Assembly: GCA_001303585.1 (NCBI GenBank)
Contig: LJTT01000001.1
Location: 49,088-113,087, forward strand
DNA length: 64,000 nucleotides
Direction: 5' to 3'
Source: Betaproteobacteria bacterium SG8_41
GTDB lineage: Bacteria; Pseudomonadota; Gammaproteobacteria; Burkholderiales; SG8-41
A program made the translations under genes and the position numbers. Within the stretch, counting starts at the first letter, position 1. Every line of letters starts with the position of its first letter. Positions 31,420-40,267 of this stretch are shown one piece after another. The notes under the pieces are model-generated. The model was not told the origin of the DNA. It searched no databases and saw only the letters and a list, made by a program, of their open reading frames with translations.

Positions 31420-31448
31420 AAGTTACTCTGCGCCTGAGGCATTGTCAA
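31420..31448 (-). promoter_or_regulatory. sigma-70 type promoter for the metZ leader
   Basis: Minus-sense TTGACA (31448-31443), a 17-nt spacer, then TAACTT (31425-31420). Confidence 0.5.
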
Positions 31449-31479
31449 CATCAGACGCTCGCGCGCCCAGTTACGAGAG

Positions 31480-31572
31480 CGGTAAGTGGTGAGCGATTAA
31501 TGGCGGGCGGGACAGGCCGTAGCGCTTTAAACTCGGACTGATTCAGCCTGACTACCGCTCACGAATCACGCC
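31480..31572. repeat. weak inverted heptad arms, GTGAG/CTCAC-GATTA/AATCA type
   Basis: Left arm cggtaag tggtgag cgattaa tggcggg (31480-31507); right arm contains ctcacga atcacgc (31558-31571), within ctaccgctcacgaatcacgc (31553-31572). Confidence 0.45.
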
Positions 31573-31594
31573 GTTGTCGAGCGACCGATAGCGG

Positions 31595-33124
31595 TCATTC
31601 GACCAGCTCAAGGCCGAGATCGAGTTGCGAGGACGCCGCCGACCCCAGGTCCGTCATCTTCGCACCGTCGCGACGCCGAGCCTCGACGCCGTCCAGGTAC
31701 TCCTGCGTGACATCGCCCGTGACGTAGACGCCCGAGAAGCACGAATCCTCGAAATTGGACACTTTCGGATTAACGCTCTGCACGTCGCTGCGTAGCGCAT
31801 CCAGATCCTGGTAGATGAGCTCGTCGCACCCGATCTCGCGCGCGATCTCCGGCTCCGTGCGGCCTGCTGCGATCAGCTCTTCGCGCGTGGGCATGTCGAT
31901 GCCGTAGACGTTTGGGAAGCGCACTGGCGGCGCCGCCGAGGCGAAATAGACCCTGCGCGCGCCCGATTCGCGGGCCATCTGCACGATTTCGCGGCTCGTA
32001 TTGCCCCGCACCACGGAATCGTCCACCAGCAACACGTTCTTGTTGCGGAACTCCATCGCAATCGAATTGAGCTTCTGCCGGACCGATCTGCGGCGCATCG
32101 ACTGCCCCGGCATGATGAAGGTCCGTCCGATATAACGGTTCTTGATGAAGCCTTCGCGATACGGCAGATTGAGCTGTTTCGAGAGCTGCATCGCCGCCGG
32201 CCGGCTGGAGTCCGGAATCGGGATCACGACATCGATATCGAGATGGCGGTATTGCTGGCGGATTTTCTCGCCAAGACTTTCTCCCATCCGCAGCCGCGTT
32301 TCGTAGACCGATATCCCGTCGATAACCGAATCGGGCCGGGCCAGATAGACAAACTCGAAGAGGCAGGGATTGAGCGACACGGCCGACGCGCATTGGCGAC
32401 TGTAAAAGTTGCCATCCTGGTCGATGAAAATCGCTTCGCCGGGAGCAACATCGCGTACCGGCTCGAAACCCAGCGCATCGAGCGCCACGCTCTCCGAGGC
32501 GACCATGTATTCGTAGCCGCCCTTGGTCTCCGCACGCCCGAAAATCAGCGGACGGATGCCATAAGGATCCCGAAAGGCAAGGAGGCCGTATCCCGCGATC
32601 ATCGCCATCACGGCGTAAGCGCCGCGGCAGCGCCGGTACACGCCCGATACGGCGGAAAAGATCGTGGAAGGGTCCAATTTGTAGTTGGTCGCGGTCTCCT
32701 GCAGCTCATGCGCGAGCACGTTGAGCAGCACCTCGGAGTCTGAATTGGTATTGACGTGCCGCAGGTCCTGCCGGAACAGATCGTTCTTGAGCTGCTCGGT
32801 GTTCGTCAGATTGCCGTTGTGCCCGAGCACGATGCCGAACGGCGAATTGACGTAGAACGGCTGCGCCTCGGCCGCCGACCAAGCCGAGCCCGCGGTCGGA
32901 TAGCGCGTATGGGCGATGCCCGAGAGGCCAATCAACGTGCGCATGTTCCGGGTGCGGAAGACATCACGCACCATGCCGGGCCCCTTGTGCATGTGAAACG
33001 TGGCGCCCTCGGCCGTCACGATTCCCGCGGCATCCTGACCCCTGTGCTGAAGCACCAGCAGCCCGTCATAGAGCAACTGATTGACCGCGCTGTCCTTCGC
33101 CACAACGCCGACTATCCCGCACAT
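31595..33124 (-). CDS. purF: amidophosphoribosyltransferase
   Basis: MCGIVGVV N-terminal nucleophile Cys; PRTase motif VLLVDDSVVRGNT. Confidence 0.95.
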   Translation of the reverse strand: MCGIVGVVAKDSAVNQLLYDGLLVLQHRGQDAAGIVTAEGATFHMHKGPGMVRDVFRTRNMRTLIGLSGIAHTRYPTAGSAWSAAEAQPFYVNSPFGIVLGHNGNLTNTEQLKNDLFRQDLRHVNTNSDSEVLLNVLAHELQETATNYKLDPSTIFSAVSGVYRRCRGAYAVMAMIAGYGLLAFRDPYGIRPLIFGRAETKGGYEYMVASESVALDALGFEPVRDVAPGEAIFIDQDGNFYSRQCASAVSLNPCLFEFVYLARPDSVIDGISVYETRLRMGESLGEKIRQQYRHLDIDVVIPIPDSSRPAAMQLSKQLNLPYREGFIKNRYIGRTFIMPGQSMRRRSVRQKLNSIAMEFRNKNVLLVDDSVVRGNTSREIVQMARESGARRVYFASAAPPVRFPNVYGIDMPTREELIAAGRTEPEIAREIGCDELIYQDLDALRSDVQSVNPKVSNFEDSCFSGVYVTGDVTQEYLDGVEARRRDGAKMTDLGSAASSQLDLGLELVE

Positions 33125-33133
33125 CGCGTGCCC

Positions 33134-33625
33134 TCAATCGTAGGTGATGCGTTGCGACAGGCCGCCCGGCAACCAGGGCTTGACCCTTCCTGCGAACGAT
33201 TCCAGCGGCTTGCTCAACATGGCTTCCCGCCAGACCGGCTGTTTTGGCAGTGACGTCAGGCCAGCGAGCAGCACCAGAACCATGACTACCAGCATACCGC
33301 GCGCCAGGCCGAAAACGCCGCCCAGCATACGGTCTTCAACGCCGAGACCGGCGTTTTTTACCAGTTTAGAGGCAAACATGGCAAGCAGACTCATGGAGAG
33401 GAGGACCACCACGAACGCCGCCCCGAAGCCTACCAGCAGACGCACCTCCACATTCGACATCTCATCAGGCAGCAGGGTGGCGAGCGGACCGGCAAAAAAG
33501 TTTGCCGCCAGGAACGCAATCACCCAGGCGAGCAGCGCAAGCACTTCCCGAACGAGGCCGCGAATCACGCTGAGAAGGATTGAAAGTCCGACAATGGCGA
33601 TCACGACGTAGTCAAACACGGTCAT
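33134..33625 (-). CDS. cvpA: colicin V production protein CvpA
   Basis: 163 aa, four transmembrane segments, MTVFDYVVIAIVGLSILLSVIRGLVRE; upstream of purF as usual. Confidence 0.85.
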   Translation of the reverse strand: MTVFDYVVIAIVGLSILLSVIRGLVREVLALLAWVIAFLAANFFAGPLATLLPDEMSNVEVRLLVGFGAAFVVVLLSMSLLAMFASKLVKNAGLGVEDRMLGGVFGLARGMLVVMVLVLLAGLTSLPKQPVWREAMLSKPLESFAGRVKPWLPGGLSQRITYD

Positions 33626-34218
33626 TTCGTCGTGATGTTCCCGCTCAGACCAATCGCTTTCAGCTGCGCCTGGGCTTTTTCCGCGGCTTTGCGATCTTCG
33701 AACGGCCCTGCGCGCACGCGCGTCACGTCGCCCTTGACCGTTTTGACGACTTCCGTGTAGGACTTGACGCCTGCCGCAGCGATCTTTTCTCGCAACCGGT
33801 TCGCCTTGTCCGCATCAGCAAGGGCAATCACCTGAATGACGTATTTCGGGCTGGCGGGCTTGGATGAGGCTTGGGCAGCAGGCTTCGGGGGCTCGGCCTT
33901 CGCCGGCGTTTTGGGCTTTTCGGGCGCTGGCTTCGGCGCCGGCTTGACGGGCGCCGGTTGCTCCTCCTTCGCTTCTGCTGGAGCAGCCTTCGAAGCTGGT
34001 GTCGGCACAGCGGGCTCGACCGCCAGCTTTGGGGAAAACGTAGCGGAACCTGGGGAAGGAATACGGACCGCGACTTCCTCGCCGGAAGGCTTCGGCTCGG
34101 AGTCGAGCACCATCGGCAACGCCACGACCATGGCCGTGACCAACACGATGGCGCCGATCAATCGCCGCCGCGCGCGCCGCTTAAGCTGTGCCTCTTCGTC
34201 GCTAATCGTTCGCGCCAT
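33622..34218 (-). CDS. SPOR domain protein (DedD-like)
   Basis: N-terminal transmembrane segment, Pro/Ala/Lys-rich linker, C-terminal SPOR-like YVIQVIALADADKANRLREKI...RVRAGPFEDRKAAEKA. 4-nt overlap with cvpA. Confidence 0.75.
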   Translation of the reverse strand: MARTISDEEAQLKRRARRRLIGAIVLVTAMVVALPMVLDSEPKPSGEEVAVRIPSPGSATFSPKLAVEPAVPTPASKAAPAEAKEEQPAPVKPAPKPAPEKPKTPAKAEPPKPAAQASSKPASPKYVIQVIALADADKANRLREKIAAAGVKSYTEVVKTVKGDVTRVRAGPFEDRKAAEKAQAQLKAIGLSGNITTK

Positions 34219-34263
34219 CTGCTGCCGTCGATGCCGGCTCCGCCAACCTCATGGCCATGACTG

Positions 34264-35586
34264 TCACCGGGGTTCCGCCACCGAGGCCCCCGCCGCGCGT
34301 CTGCGCTCAAGCAAGGCCATAACCGCTGCTACGGTGTAGAACGACCCGAACACGACGATTCTATCATTTTCCGTCGCCATATCACAGGCTTGCGCGTACG
34401 CGTCGACCACGCTGGCGCACGGCGTGCAGCCCGCTATGTCCGCGGCGGCCAGGGCACGTTCCAGTTCCCTCGAGTCCCCCCCGCGGGGGCCGGACAATCC
34501 AGCGACATACCAATGCGAGATCTGCGGCGCCACGGCCGACGCCACGCCCGCAATGTCCTTGTCGCGAAGCATCGCGAACACCGCATATGTGCGGCCAGCG
34601 CACTCCATCGCAGCAAGATTGTCCGCCAGCGCGCGCGCCGCATGCACGTTATGCGCCACGTCGAGAATTACGGCCGGGCGCCCCGGAATGACCTGGAACC
34701 GGCCGGGCACCTCCACCCGCAACAATCCTTGCCTGATATCGTTCATGGTCACCGGCAAACTGTCGCGCAGGCACTCGAGCGCCGTAATCGCTGCCGCCGC
34801 GTTGTCCAGCTGGCACACACCGCGCAACGCGGGGTGCGGCAGTGCGTTGCGCGGTCCTCTCGGTCCCCAATATTGCCAGTGCCTGCCCTGCACTCTGAAG
34901 CCAAAATCCCGCCCGATCCGCAAGAGCCCTGCGCCAATGTCTGCGGCGTGACGGACGAGACGCTCCGGCGGGGACGCGTCCGAGCAAACCGCTGGCCGGC
35001 CCGCCCGGAAAATGCCCGCTTTTTCTGCCCCGATCACCTCACGATCCGCGCCAAGGTAATCAACATGGTCGATATCGACCGCCGTTACCACTGCGCAATC
35101 GGCATCGAAGGCATTGACCGCGTCGAGGCGCCCCCCGAGCCCGACCTCGAGGACCGCCACGTCCACCCGCTGCTCGATAAACAGCCACAGGGCCACCAGC
35201 GTGCCGTACTCGAAATACGTCAGTGCAACATTGCCACGCATCCGCTCCACCTCGTCGAATGCCCTGACAAGCGCGGCGTCGGCCAGCTCCATTCCCCCGA
35301 CGCGCACCCGCTCGTTATAGCGCAGGAAGTGCGGTGAGGTATAGCAGCCGACGCGGTAGCCGGCGTGGCGCAAGACCGACTCCAGCATCGCGCAGGTGGA
35401 GCCCTTGCCATTGGTGCCGCCGACCGTGATGATGGGAAAACTCGGCTCGAGAGAAAGTCGCTCCTTGACGCGCCCGACCCGCTCGAGACCTAGCGCGATC
35501 GTCTGCGGATGCAGGCGCTCGATATACGCCAGCCATTCGGCTAGCGTTTCAGGTTCAAGGTTCAAGGTTCTAGGTTCTAGGTTCAA
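34264..35586 (-). CDS. folC: bifunctional folylpolyglutamate synthase/dihydrofolate synthase
   Basis: LAEWLAYIERLHPQTIALGLERV, P-loop TVGGTNGKGST. The start must be TTG 35586 or TTG 35565, both inside the heptad array; there is no ATG or GTG before the P-loop. Confidence 0.88.
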   Translation of the reverse strand: MNLEPRTLNLEPETLAEWLAYIERLHPQTIALGLERVGRVKERLSLEPSFPIITVGGTNGKGSTCAMLESVLRHAGYRVGCYTSPHFLRYNERVRVGGMELADAALVRAFDEVERMRGNVALTYFEYGTLVALWLFIEQRVDVAVLEVGLGGRLDAVNAFDADCAVVTAVDIDHVDYLGADREVIGAEKAGIFRAGRPAVCSDASPPERLVRHAADIGAGLLRIGRDFGFRVQGRHWQYWGPRGPRNALPHPALRGVCQLDNAAAAITALECLRDSLPVTMNDIRQGLLRVEVPGRFQVIPGRPAVILDVAHNVHAARALADNLAAMECAGRTYAVFAMLRDKDIAGVASAVAPQISHWYVAGLSGPRGGDSRELERALAAADIAGCTPCASVVDAYAQACDMATENDRIVVFGSFYTVAAVMALLERRRAAGASVAEPR

Positions 35587-35697
35587 GGTTCAAGGTTCAA
35601 GGTTCAAGGTTCAAGGTTCAAGGTTCAAGGTTCAAGGTCGACCTTCAAACCCGCGCTTCGAACTTTGAACCTGGACCCTTGAACTTTGAACCCGGAC
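35551..35697. repeat. largest array: 12 heptads AGGTTCA/AGGTTCT plus 1 degenerate unit, directly abutting an 8-unit arm of opposite orientation
   Basis: 35551-35634 is 12 exact-period units (two AGGTTCT variants at units 3-4); unit 13 is aggtcga. The second arm is ccttcaa acccgcg cttcgaa ctttgaa cctggac ccttgaa ctttgaa cccggac (35642-35697). The centre is the palindrome AAGGTCGACCTT (35634-35645). Confidence 0.95.
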
Positions 35698-35700
35698 CCG

Positions 35701-36567
35701 TTACGGAGCGGGGGGAAGCTTCAGTAGAAGCGTAATGATGCTGGCGAGCTTGTCCCGCAATTCGCGGCGGTCCACGATCATGTCTATCGCGCCGTGCTGC
35801 AGCAGAAATTCCGAACGCTGAAAACCTTCCGGCAACGTCTCGCGCACCGTTTGCTCGATGACCCGCGGCCCAGCGAAACCAATGAGGGCACCCGGTTCCG
35901 CAATGACTACATCCCCGATCATGGCAAAACTGGCTGAAACGCCGCCCATCGTTGGATCCGTCAGCACCGTGATGAACGGAAGGCGTTCCCGCGCGAGTTG
36001 CGTGACGGCCGCGCAGGTCTTCGACATTTGCATCAGCGAGAAGAGCCCTTCCTGCATGCGCGCGCCCCCGCTGGCTGTAAAGCAGATGTACGGCAGACGC
36101 TGCTCCAGACAGACCTTCACACCGCGCACGAACCGCTCCCCCACCACGGAACCCATGGACCCGCCGAGAAAGTCGAACTCGAATGCGGCAGCGACCACGG
36201 GATGGGTCTTGATGCTGCCCTGCATGACGATAAGCGCATCTTCCTCCGACGTCGTGCGGCGCCCCTCTTCCAGGCGTTCCGTGTAGCGCCGGCTGTCCTT
36301 GAACTTGAGGCTGTCTACCGGCAGAACATCAGCACCAACTTCGTACCGGCCTTCGCGGTCGAGCAGCCAGTCGAGTCGCTCGCGGGCCGAGACACGATTG
36401 TGATGCGCGCATTTCGGGCAAACATAGAGGTTCTTCTCCAGATCGGCCCGGTACAGCACGGCTTCGCACGCCTCGCACTTGCTCCACAGGCCCTCCGGCA
36501 CCATCTTCCGCGGGCTGCCCGCGTCGCGCTTGATCTTCGGCGGCAGCAGTTTTTGCAGCCAGCTCAT
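35701..36567 (-). CDS. accD: acetyl-CoA carboxylase carboxyltransferase subunit beta
   Basis: Zinc ribbon CEACEAVLY...CPKCAHH, then a carboxyltransferase domain. Confidence 0.93.
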   Translation of the reverse strand: MSWLQKLLPPKIKRDAGSPRKMVPEGLWSKCEACEAVLYRADLEKNLYVCPKCAHHNRVSARERLDWLLDREGRYEVGADVLPVDSLKFKDSRRYTERLEEGRRTTSEEDALIVMQGSIKTHPVVAAAFEFDFLGGSMGSVVGERFVRGVKVCLEQRLPYICFTASGGARMQEGLFSLMQMSKTCAAVTQLARERLPFITVLTDPTMGGVSASFAMIGDVVIAEPGALIGFAGPRVIEQTVRETLPEGFQRSEFLLQHGAIDMIVDRRELRDKLASIITLLLKLPPAP

Positions 36568-37382
36568 GCCGGAGTCTTCTCTCTGGGTTGGTCCATGGCC
36601 CGGCGAATGTCGGACAGCACCGTCTTGATCCTCTCAACCAGCTCGTCGGGCCCCGCGTTCTCGACTTCCTGCACCAGTCGGCTGCCGACCACGACCGCGT
36701 CCGCGAACGCCGCCACCGCCTGCGCCGTAGCGGCATCGCGAATGCCAAAGCCTACACCCACCGGCAGCCGGGAGGATCTCTGAACGCGCCCCACACCGGC
36801 CGCGACGTCGGCAAGATTGATGTGAGAGGCGCCCGTAACGCCTCGCAGCGACACATAATAGAGGTAGCCCCGCCCCAGCCGCGTCACCTCCTCCAACCGC
36901 GCATTTGTGGTCGTCGGCGACAACAGAAAGATGGTATCGATTCCCCGCGCGTCGAGGAGCCCGACCATCTTTTCCGCCTCCGCGGGCGGGTAGTCCACCA
37001 CGAGCACGCCGTCGACCCCCGCCGCCTTGGCTGCCTCCGCAAACCGCTCGAGGCCCATCGCCTCAATCGGATTCGCGTAACCCATCAGCACCACCGGAGT
37101 CGACGCGTTCGCTGCGCGAAACTTGCGCACCAATTCGATCACGCCCTTGAGCGACACTCCGTGCTTGAGCGCGCGCTCGCTCGAGCGCTGGATCACGGGC
37201 CCATCAGCCATGGGATCCGAGAACGGAACGCCCAGCTCGATGACGTCCGCCCCGCCATCGACCAGTGCGTGCATTAGAGAGATCGTGAATTCGGGCGCGG
37301 GATCACCTGCCGTGATAAACGGAATCAGCGCCTTTCTACCCTGCTTTTTCAGGGCCTCGAATGTGGACGCGATGCGGGACAT
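36564..37382 (-). CDS. trpA: tryptophan synthase subunit alpha
   Basis: [31 protein letters not shown] at 37382; 4-nt overlap with accD. Confidence 0.93.
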   Translation of the reverse strand: MSRIASTFEALKKQGRKALIPFITAGDPAPEFTISLMHALVDGGADVIELGVPFSDPMADGPVIQRSSERALKHGVSLKGVIELVRKFRAANASTPVVLMGYANPIEAMGLERFAEAAKAAGVDGVLVVDYPPAEAEKMVGLLDARGIDTIFLLSPTTTNARLEEVTRLGRGYLYYVSLRGVTGASHINLADVAAGVGRVQRSSRLPVGVGFGIRDAATAQAVAAFADAVVVGSRLVQEVENAGPDELVERIKTVLSDIRRAMDQPREKTPA

Positions 37383-37390
37383 GTCAAATA

Positions 37391-37508
37391 CGGTTACCAG
37401 TGACCGGTGACCGGTGACCGGAACGCCCAATGACGGGTGTCCGGTCCGCCGTTAGCAGAAACACCCATATCCCAGACTTTGTTAACGGGTCACGGGTCAC
37501 GGGTCACG
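37391..37508. repeat. inverted heptad arms, GGTCAC family
   Basis: Left arm cggttac cagtgac cggtgac cggtgac (37391-37418); right arm gttaacg ggtcacg ggtcacg ggtcacg (37481-37508). Lies between the trpB stop and the trpA start. Confidence 0.9.
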
Positions 37509-37513
37509 GGCTG

Positions 37514-38713
37514 TTAGATCTTGATGCCGGCCAGTTCCGCGACGGTCTGCATGTCCTTGTCGCCCCGGCCGGAAAGGTTGATGAGCAGCATCTGGTCCTG
37601 TTTCATGCGGGGCGCCATCTTGGCAGCGTATGCCAGCGCGTGCGCGGACTCGAGTGCCGGAATGATGCCCTCCAGGCGGCACAAGTCATGAAACGCCTGA
37701 AGCGCGTCCTCGTCCGTAACCGCAACATACTCCGCGCGCCCGCTGTCCTTCAGCCAGGCGTGTTCAGGTCCGACGCCCGGGTAATCCAGCCCCGCGGAGA
37801 CAGAGTGCGTCTCGATGATCTGGCCATTATCATCCTGCAACAGGTAGGTGCGGTTGCCGTGCAGCACGCCCGGCTTCCCCGTGCACAGGGTTGCCGCGTG
37901 TTTCCCGCTCTCCAGACCGCGGCCCGCGGCTTCAACCCCGATCAACCGGACCTTTTCGTCCGATATGTAGGGATAAAAAATTCCCATCGCGTTGGAGCCG
38001 CCGCCGACGCACGCGACAACCGCATCAGGCTGACGACCGGTCATCTCCTGCATTTGCTCTCGCGCCTCGCGCCCGATTACGCTCTGGAAGTCTCGCACCA
38101 TCATCGGATAGGGATGCGGACCGGCAACCGTACCGATGATGTAGAACGTGTTCTCCACGTTGGTCACCCAGTCGCGCATCGCCTCGTTGAGCGCGTCCTT
38201 GAGCGTCTTGGATCCGCTCTCCACGGGCACCACCGACGCGCCGAGCAACTTCATGCGGTACACGTTCTGCACCTGCCGCTTGACATCCTCGACGCCCATG
38301 TAAACGACGCACTCAAGTCCGTAGCGCGCCGCGATGGTGGCGGCAGCCACACCATGCATTCCAGCGCCGGTCTCGGCGATGACGCGCTGCTTGCCCATGC
38401 GGCGCGCGAGCAGCGCCTGGCCGATCACGTTGTTGATTTTGTGCGCGCCGGTATGGTTCAGATCCTCCCGCTTGAGGTAAACCTGCGCCCCGCCAAAATG
38501 CCCCGACCAGCGCCGAGCATGGTAAACGGGACTGGGCCGTCCGACGTAGTGCTTGAGCTCGTAGGCAAACTCGTCGAGAAACTGGGGATCCTTCTGATAG
38601 CGCGCGTAGGCGGCCTTCAGTTGATCGAGCGCCTCGATCAGGGTTTCGGCAACAAACACCCCACCGTAGTTTCCGAAGTGGCCGCCGCGGTCGGGCAGGT
38701 CATACATCTGCAT
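37514..38713 (-). CDS. trpB: tryptophan synthase subunit beta
   Basis: [18 protein letters not shown]-lysine motif; 399 aa. Confidence 0.95.
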   Translation of the reverse strand: MQMYDLPDRGGHFGNYGGVFVAETLIEALDQLKAAYARYQKDPQFLDEFAYELKHYVGRPSPVYHARRWSGHFGGAQVYLKREDLNHTGAHKINNVIGQALLARRMGKQRVIAETGAGMHGVAAATIAARYGLECVVYMGVEDVKRQVQNVYRMKLLGASVVPVESGSKTLKDALNEAMRDWVTNVENTFYIIGTVAGPHPYPMMVRDFQSVIGREAREQMQEMTGRQPDAVVACVGGGSNAMGIFYPYISDEKVRLIGVEAAGRGLESGKHAATLCTGKPGVLHGNRTYLLQDDNGQIIETHSVSAGLDYPGVGPEHAWLKDSGRAEYVAVTDEDALQAFHDLCRLEGIIPALESAHALAYAAKMAPRMKQDQMLLINLSGRGDKDMQTVAELAGIKI

Positions 38714-39323
38714 CGCGCACTCCCTTAATGAAAGCGGTTATCTTCGAGGCATCCTTGACGCCCTTGGCGGACTCGACGCCACTCGACACATCCACCGCGA
38801 GCGGGCGCACGCGGCGCACCGCTTCCGTGACGTTCTCGGCGTTCAGGCCGCCAGAAAGAATGATCGGCAGCGCCAAGTCGCGCGGGATTAGACTCCAGTC
38901 GAAAGTGATGCCGCTGCCGCCCTGAAGACCCTCAACAAAGGCGTCGAGAAGAAGCGCCTTCGCATCGTGGTAGTTCCGGCCGTATTGTATCAAATCCACA
39001 CCTGGCCCCATTCGAACCGCCTTGACGTACGGCCGCCCGAATTGCCGGCAGAACTCGGGCGTCTCTTCGCCGTGGAACTGGAGCAGCTCAACAGGCGCTT
39101 CGGCAAGCACTGCCCGCACCTCGTCCGCTGTCGCATTCACGAACAATCCAACAGTGGTGATGGAAGTTGGCAACGCACGTATGATCTCGCCGGCCTTTAC
39201 CGGGGCAATGTAACGCGGGCTGGTCGCGTAAAAAACGAGCCCGATCGCGTGCGCGCCGACGCGCGCTGCCGCTAGCGCGTCCTCGAGCCGCGTGATACCG
39301 CATATCTTGACCGCTGTACTCAT
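38700..39323 (-). CDS. trpF: phosphoribosylanthranilate isomerase
   Basis: [15 protein letters not shown] start; 207 aa; overlaps trpB by 14 nt. Confidence 0.9.
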   Translation of the reverse strand: MSTAVKICGITRLEDALAAARVGAHAIGLVFYATSPRYIAPVKAGEIIRALPTSITTVGLFVNATADEVRAVLAEAPVELLQFHGEETPEFCRQFGRPYVKAVRMGPGVDLIQYGRNYHDAKALLLDAFVEGLQGGSGITFDWSLIPRDLALPIILSGGLNAENVTEAVRRVRPLAVDVSSGVESAKGVKDASKITAFIKGVRDADV

Positions 39324-39385
39324 CGCGAGATTCGTAAAAGGGGAAATGCTACGCTTGGAGGCTCCGCGCGACCACTTCCTGTCAC

Positions 39386-40180
39386 TTATTCCCTGTCACA
39401 TTGTTCCATGATAGCTGCGCGGGGCGACTCGGCCAGGCCCCAGCGGGGCTCGTATTCGACGCGGGCAAGGTATAACCCTGCAGCGGGAAACGTCGGCGCC
39501 CCACGCGTCCGGTCGCGGCCCGACAGCAACTCGCCAAGCCATTCGGGGGGAAACTTGCCTTTGCCGACATAGACCAGGCAGCCCACGATATTCCGCACCA
39601 TGTGATGCAGGAATGCGTTGGCCTGCACATCGAACACCACATAGCTGCCCCTGCGCGAGAGCTCGAGGCGCTTCAACGTGCGCACCGGCGAACGCGACTG
39701 GCATTCCGAGCTGCGAAAGGCGCTGAAATCGTGCTCGCCGATGAGCAGGCGAGCTGCATCGCACATCTTCTCCAGGTCGAGCGGTAGGTGAAACCACCCG
39801 ACCCGGGCGTGGCCTACAGCAGGCCGAACAGGATCGTTCAGAAGGATGTAGCGATACGAACGGCTCAGCGCGGAGTATCGCGCGTGAAAATCACTGGCTA
39901 TTTCGCGCACCCAGGTGACCGCCAAGGGCGGCGGCAGGAGCGCATTGGTGCCGCGCATCCATGCCGAGGCCGGCCGCCGCGCCTCGGTATCGAAATGGAC
40001 AACCTGGGCGAGCGCATGCACGCCGGCGTCCGTTCTCCCGGCGCAGGTGGTCGCGACCGGCGTGCCGGCAATCTCGCGCAACGCACGCTCGAGCGTATCC
40101 TGCACGGCACAGCCCTCCGGTTGGGTCTGCCAGCCGCAGAATCGGCTGCCGTCATACTCCAAGCCGAGCGCAATTCTCAA
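39386..40180 (-). CDS. truA: tRNA pseudouridine(38-40) synthase TruA
   Basis: (M)RIALGLEYDGSRFCGWQ and RTDAGVHA. TTG at 40180 preferred; the track start at 40216 is a TTG inside the T-tract of the fimV terminator. Confidence 0.88.
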   Translation of the reverse strand: MRIALGLEYDGSRFCGWQTQPEGCAVQDTLERALREIAGTPVATTCAGRTDAGVHALAQVVHFDTEARRPASAWMRGTNALLPPPLAVTWVREIASDFHARYSALSRSYRYILLNDPVRPAVGHARVGWFHLPLDLEKMCDAARLLIGEHDFSAFRSSECQSRSPVRTLKRLELSRRGSYVVFDVQANAFLHHMVRNIVGCLVYVGKGKFPPEWLGELLSGRDRTRGAPTFPAAGLYLARVEYEPRWGLAESPRAAIMEQCDRE

Positions 40181-40208
40181 GTGGCGCCCCCTGGTTTCAC
40201 TCGCTTCC

Positions 40209-40244
40209 AAAAACAAAAACCGCGGCAGCTCCTCGCTGCCGCGG
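40209..40244 (-). terminator. rho-independent terminator after fimV
   Basis: Minus-sense CCGCGGCAGC-gagga-GCTGCCGCGG (10-bp perfect stem) followed by TTTTTGTTTTT. Confidence 0.75.
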
Positions 40245-40267
40245 TTCGATCAGACCTGCAGGCCGCC

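Noticed and set aside
35551-35641. The tandem array could be taken for a CRISPR array.
   Set aside because: The unit is only 7 nt with no spacers between units, no cas genes are in the window, and the same architecture recurs with an inverted arm.
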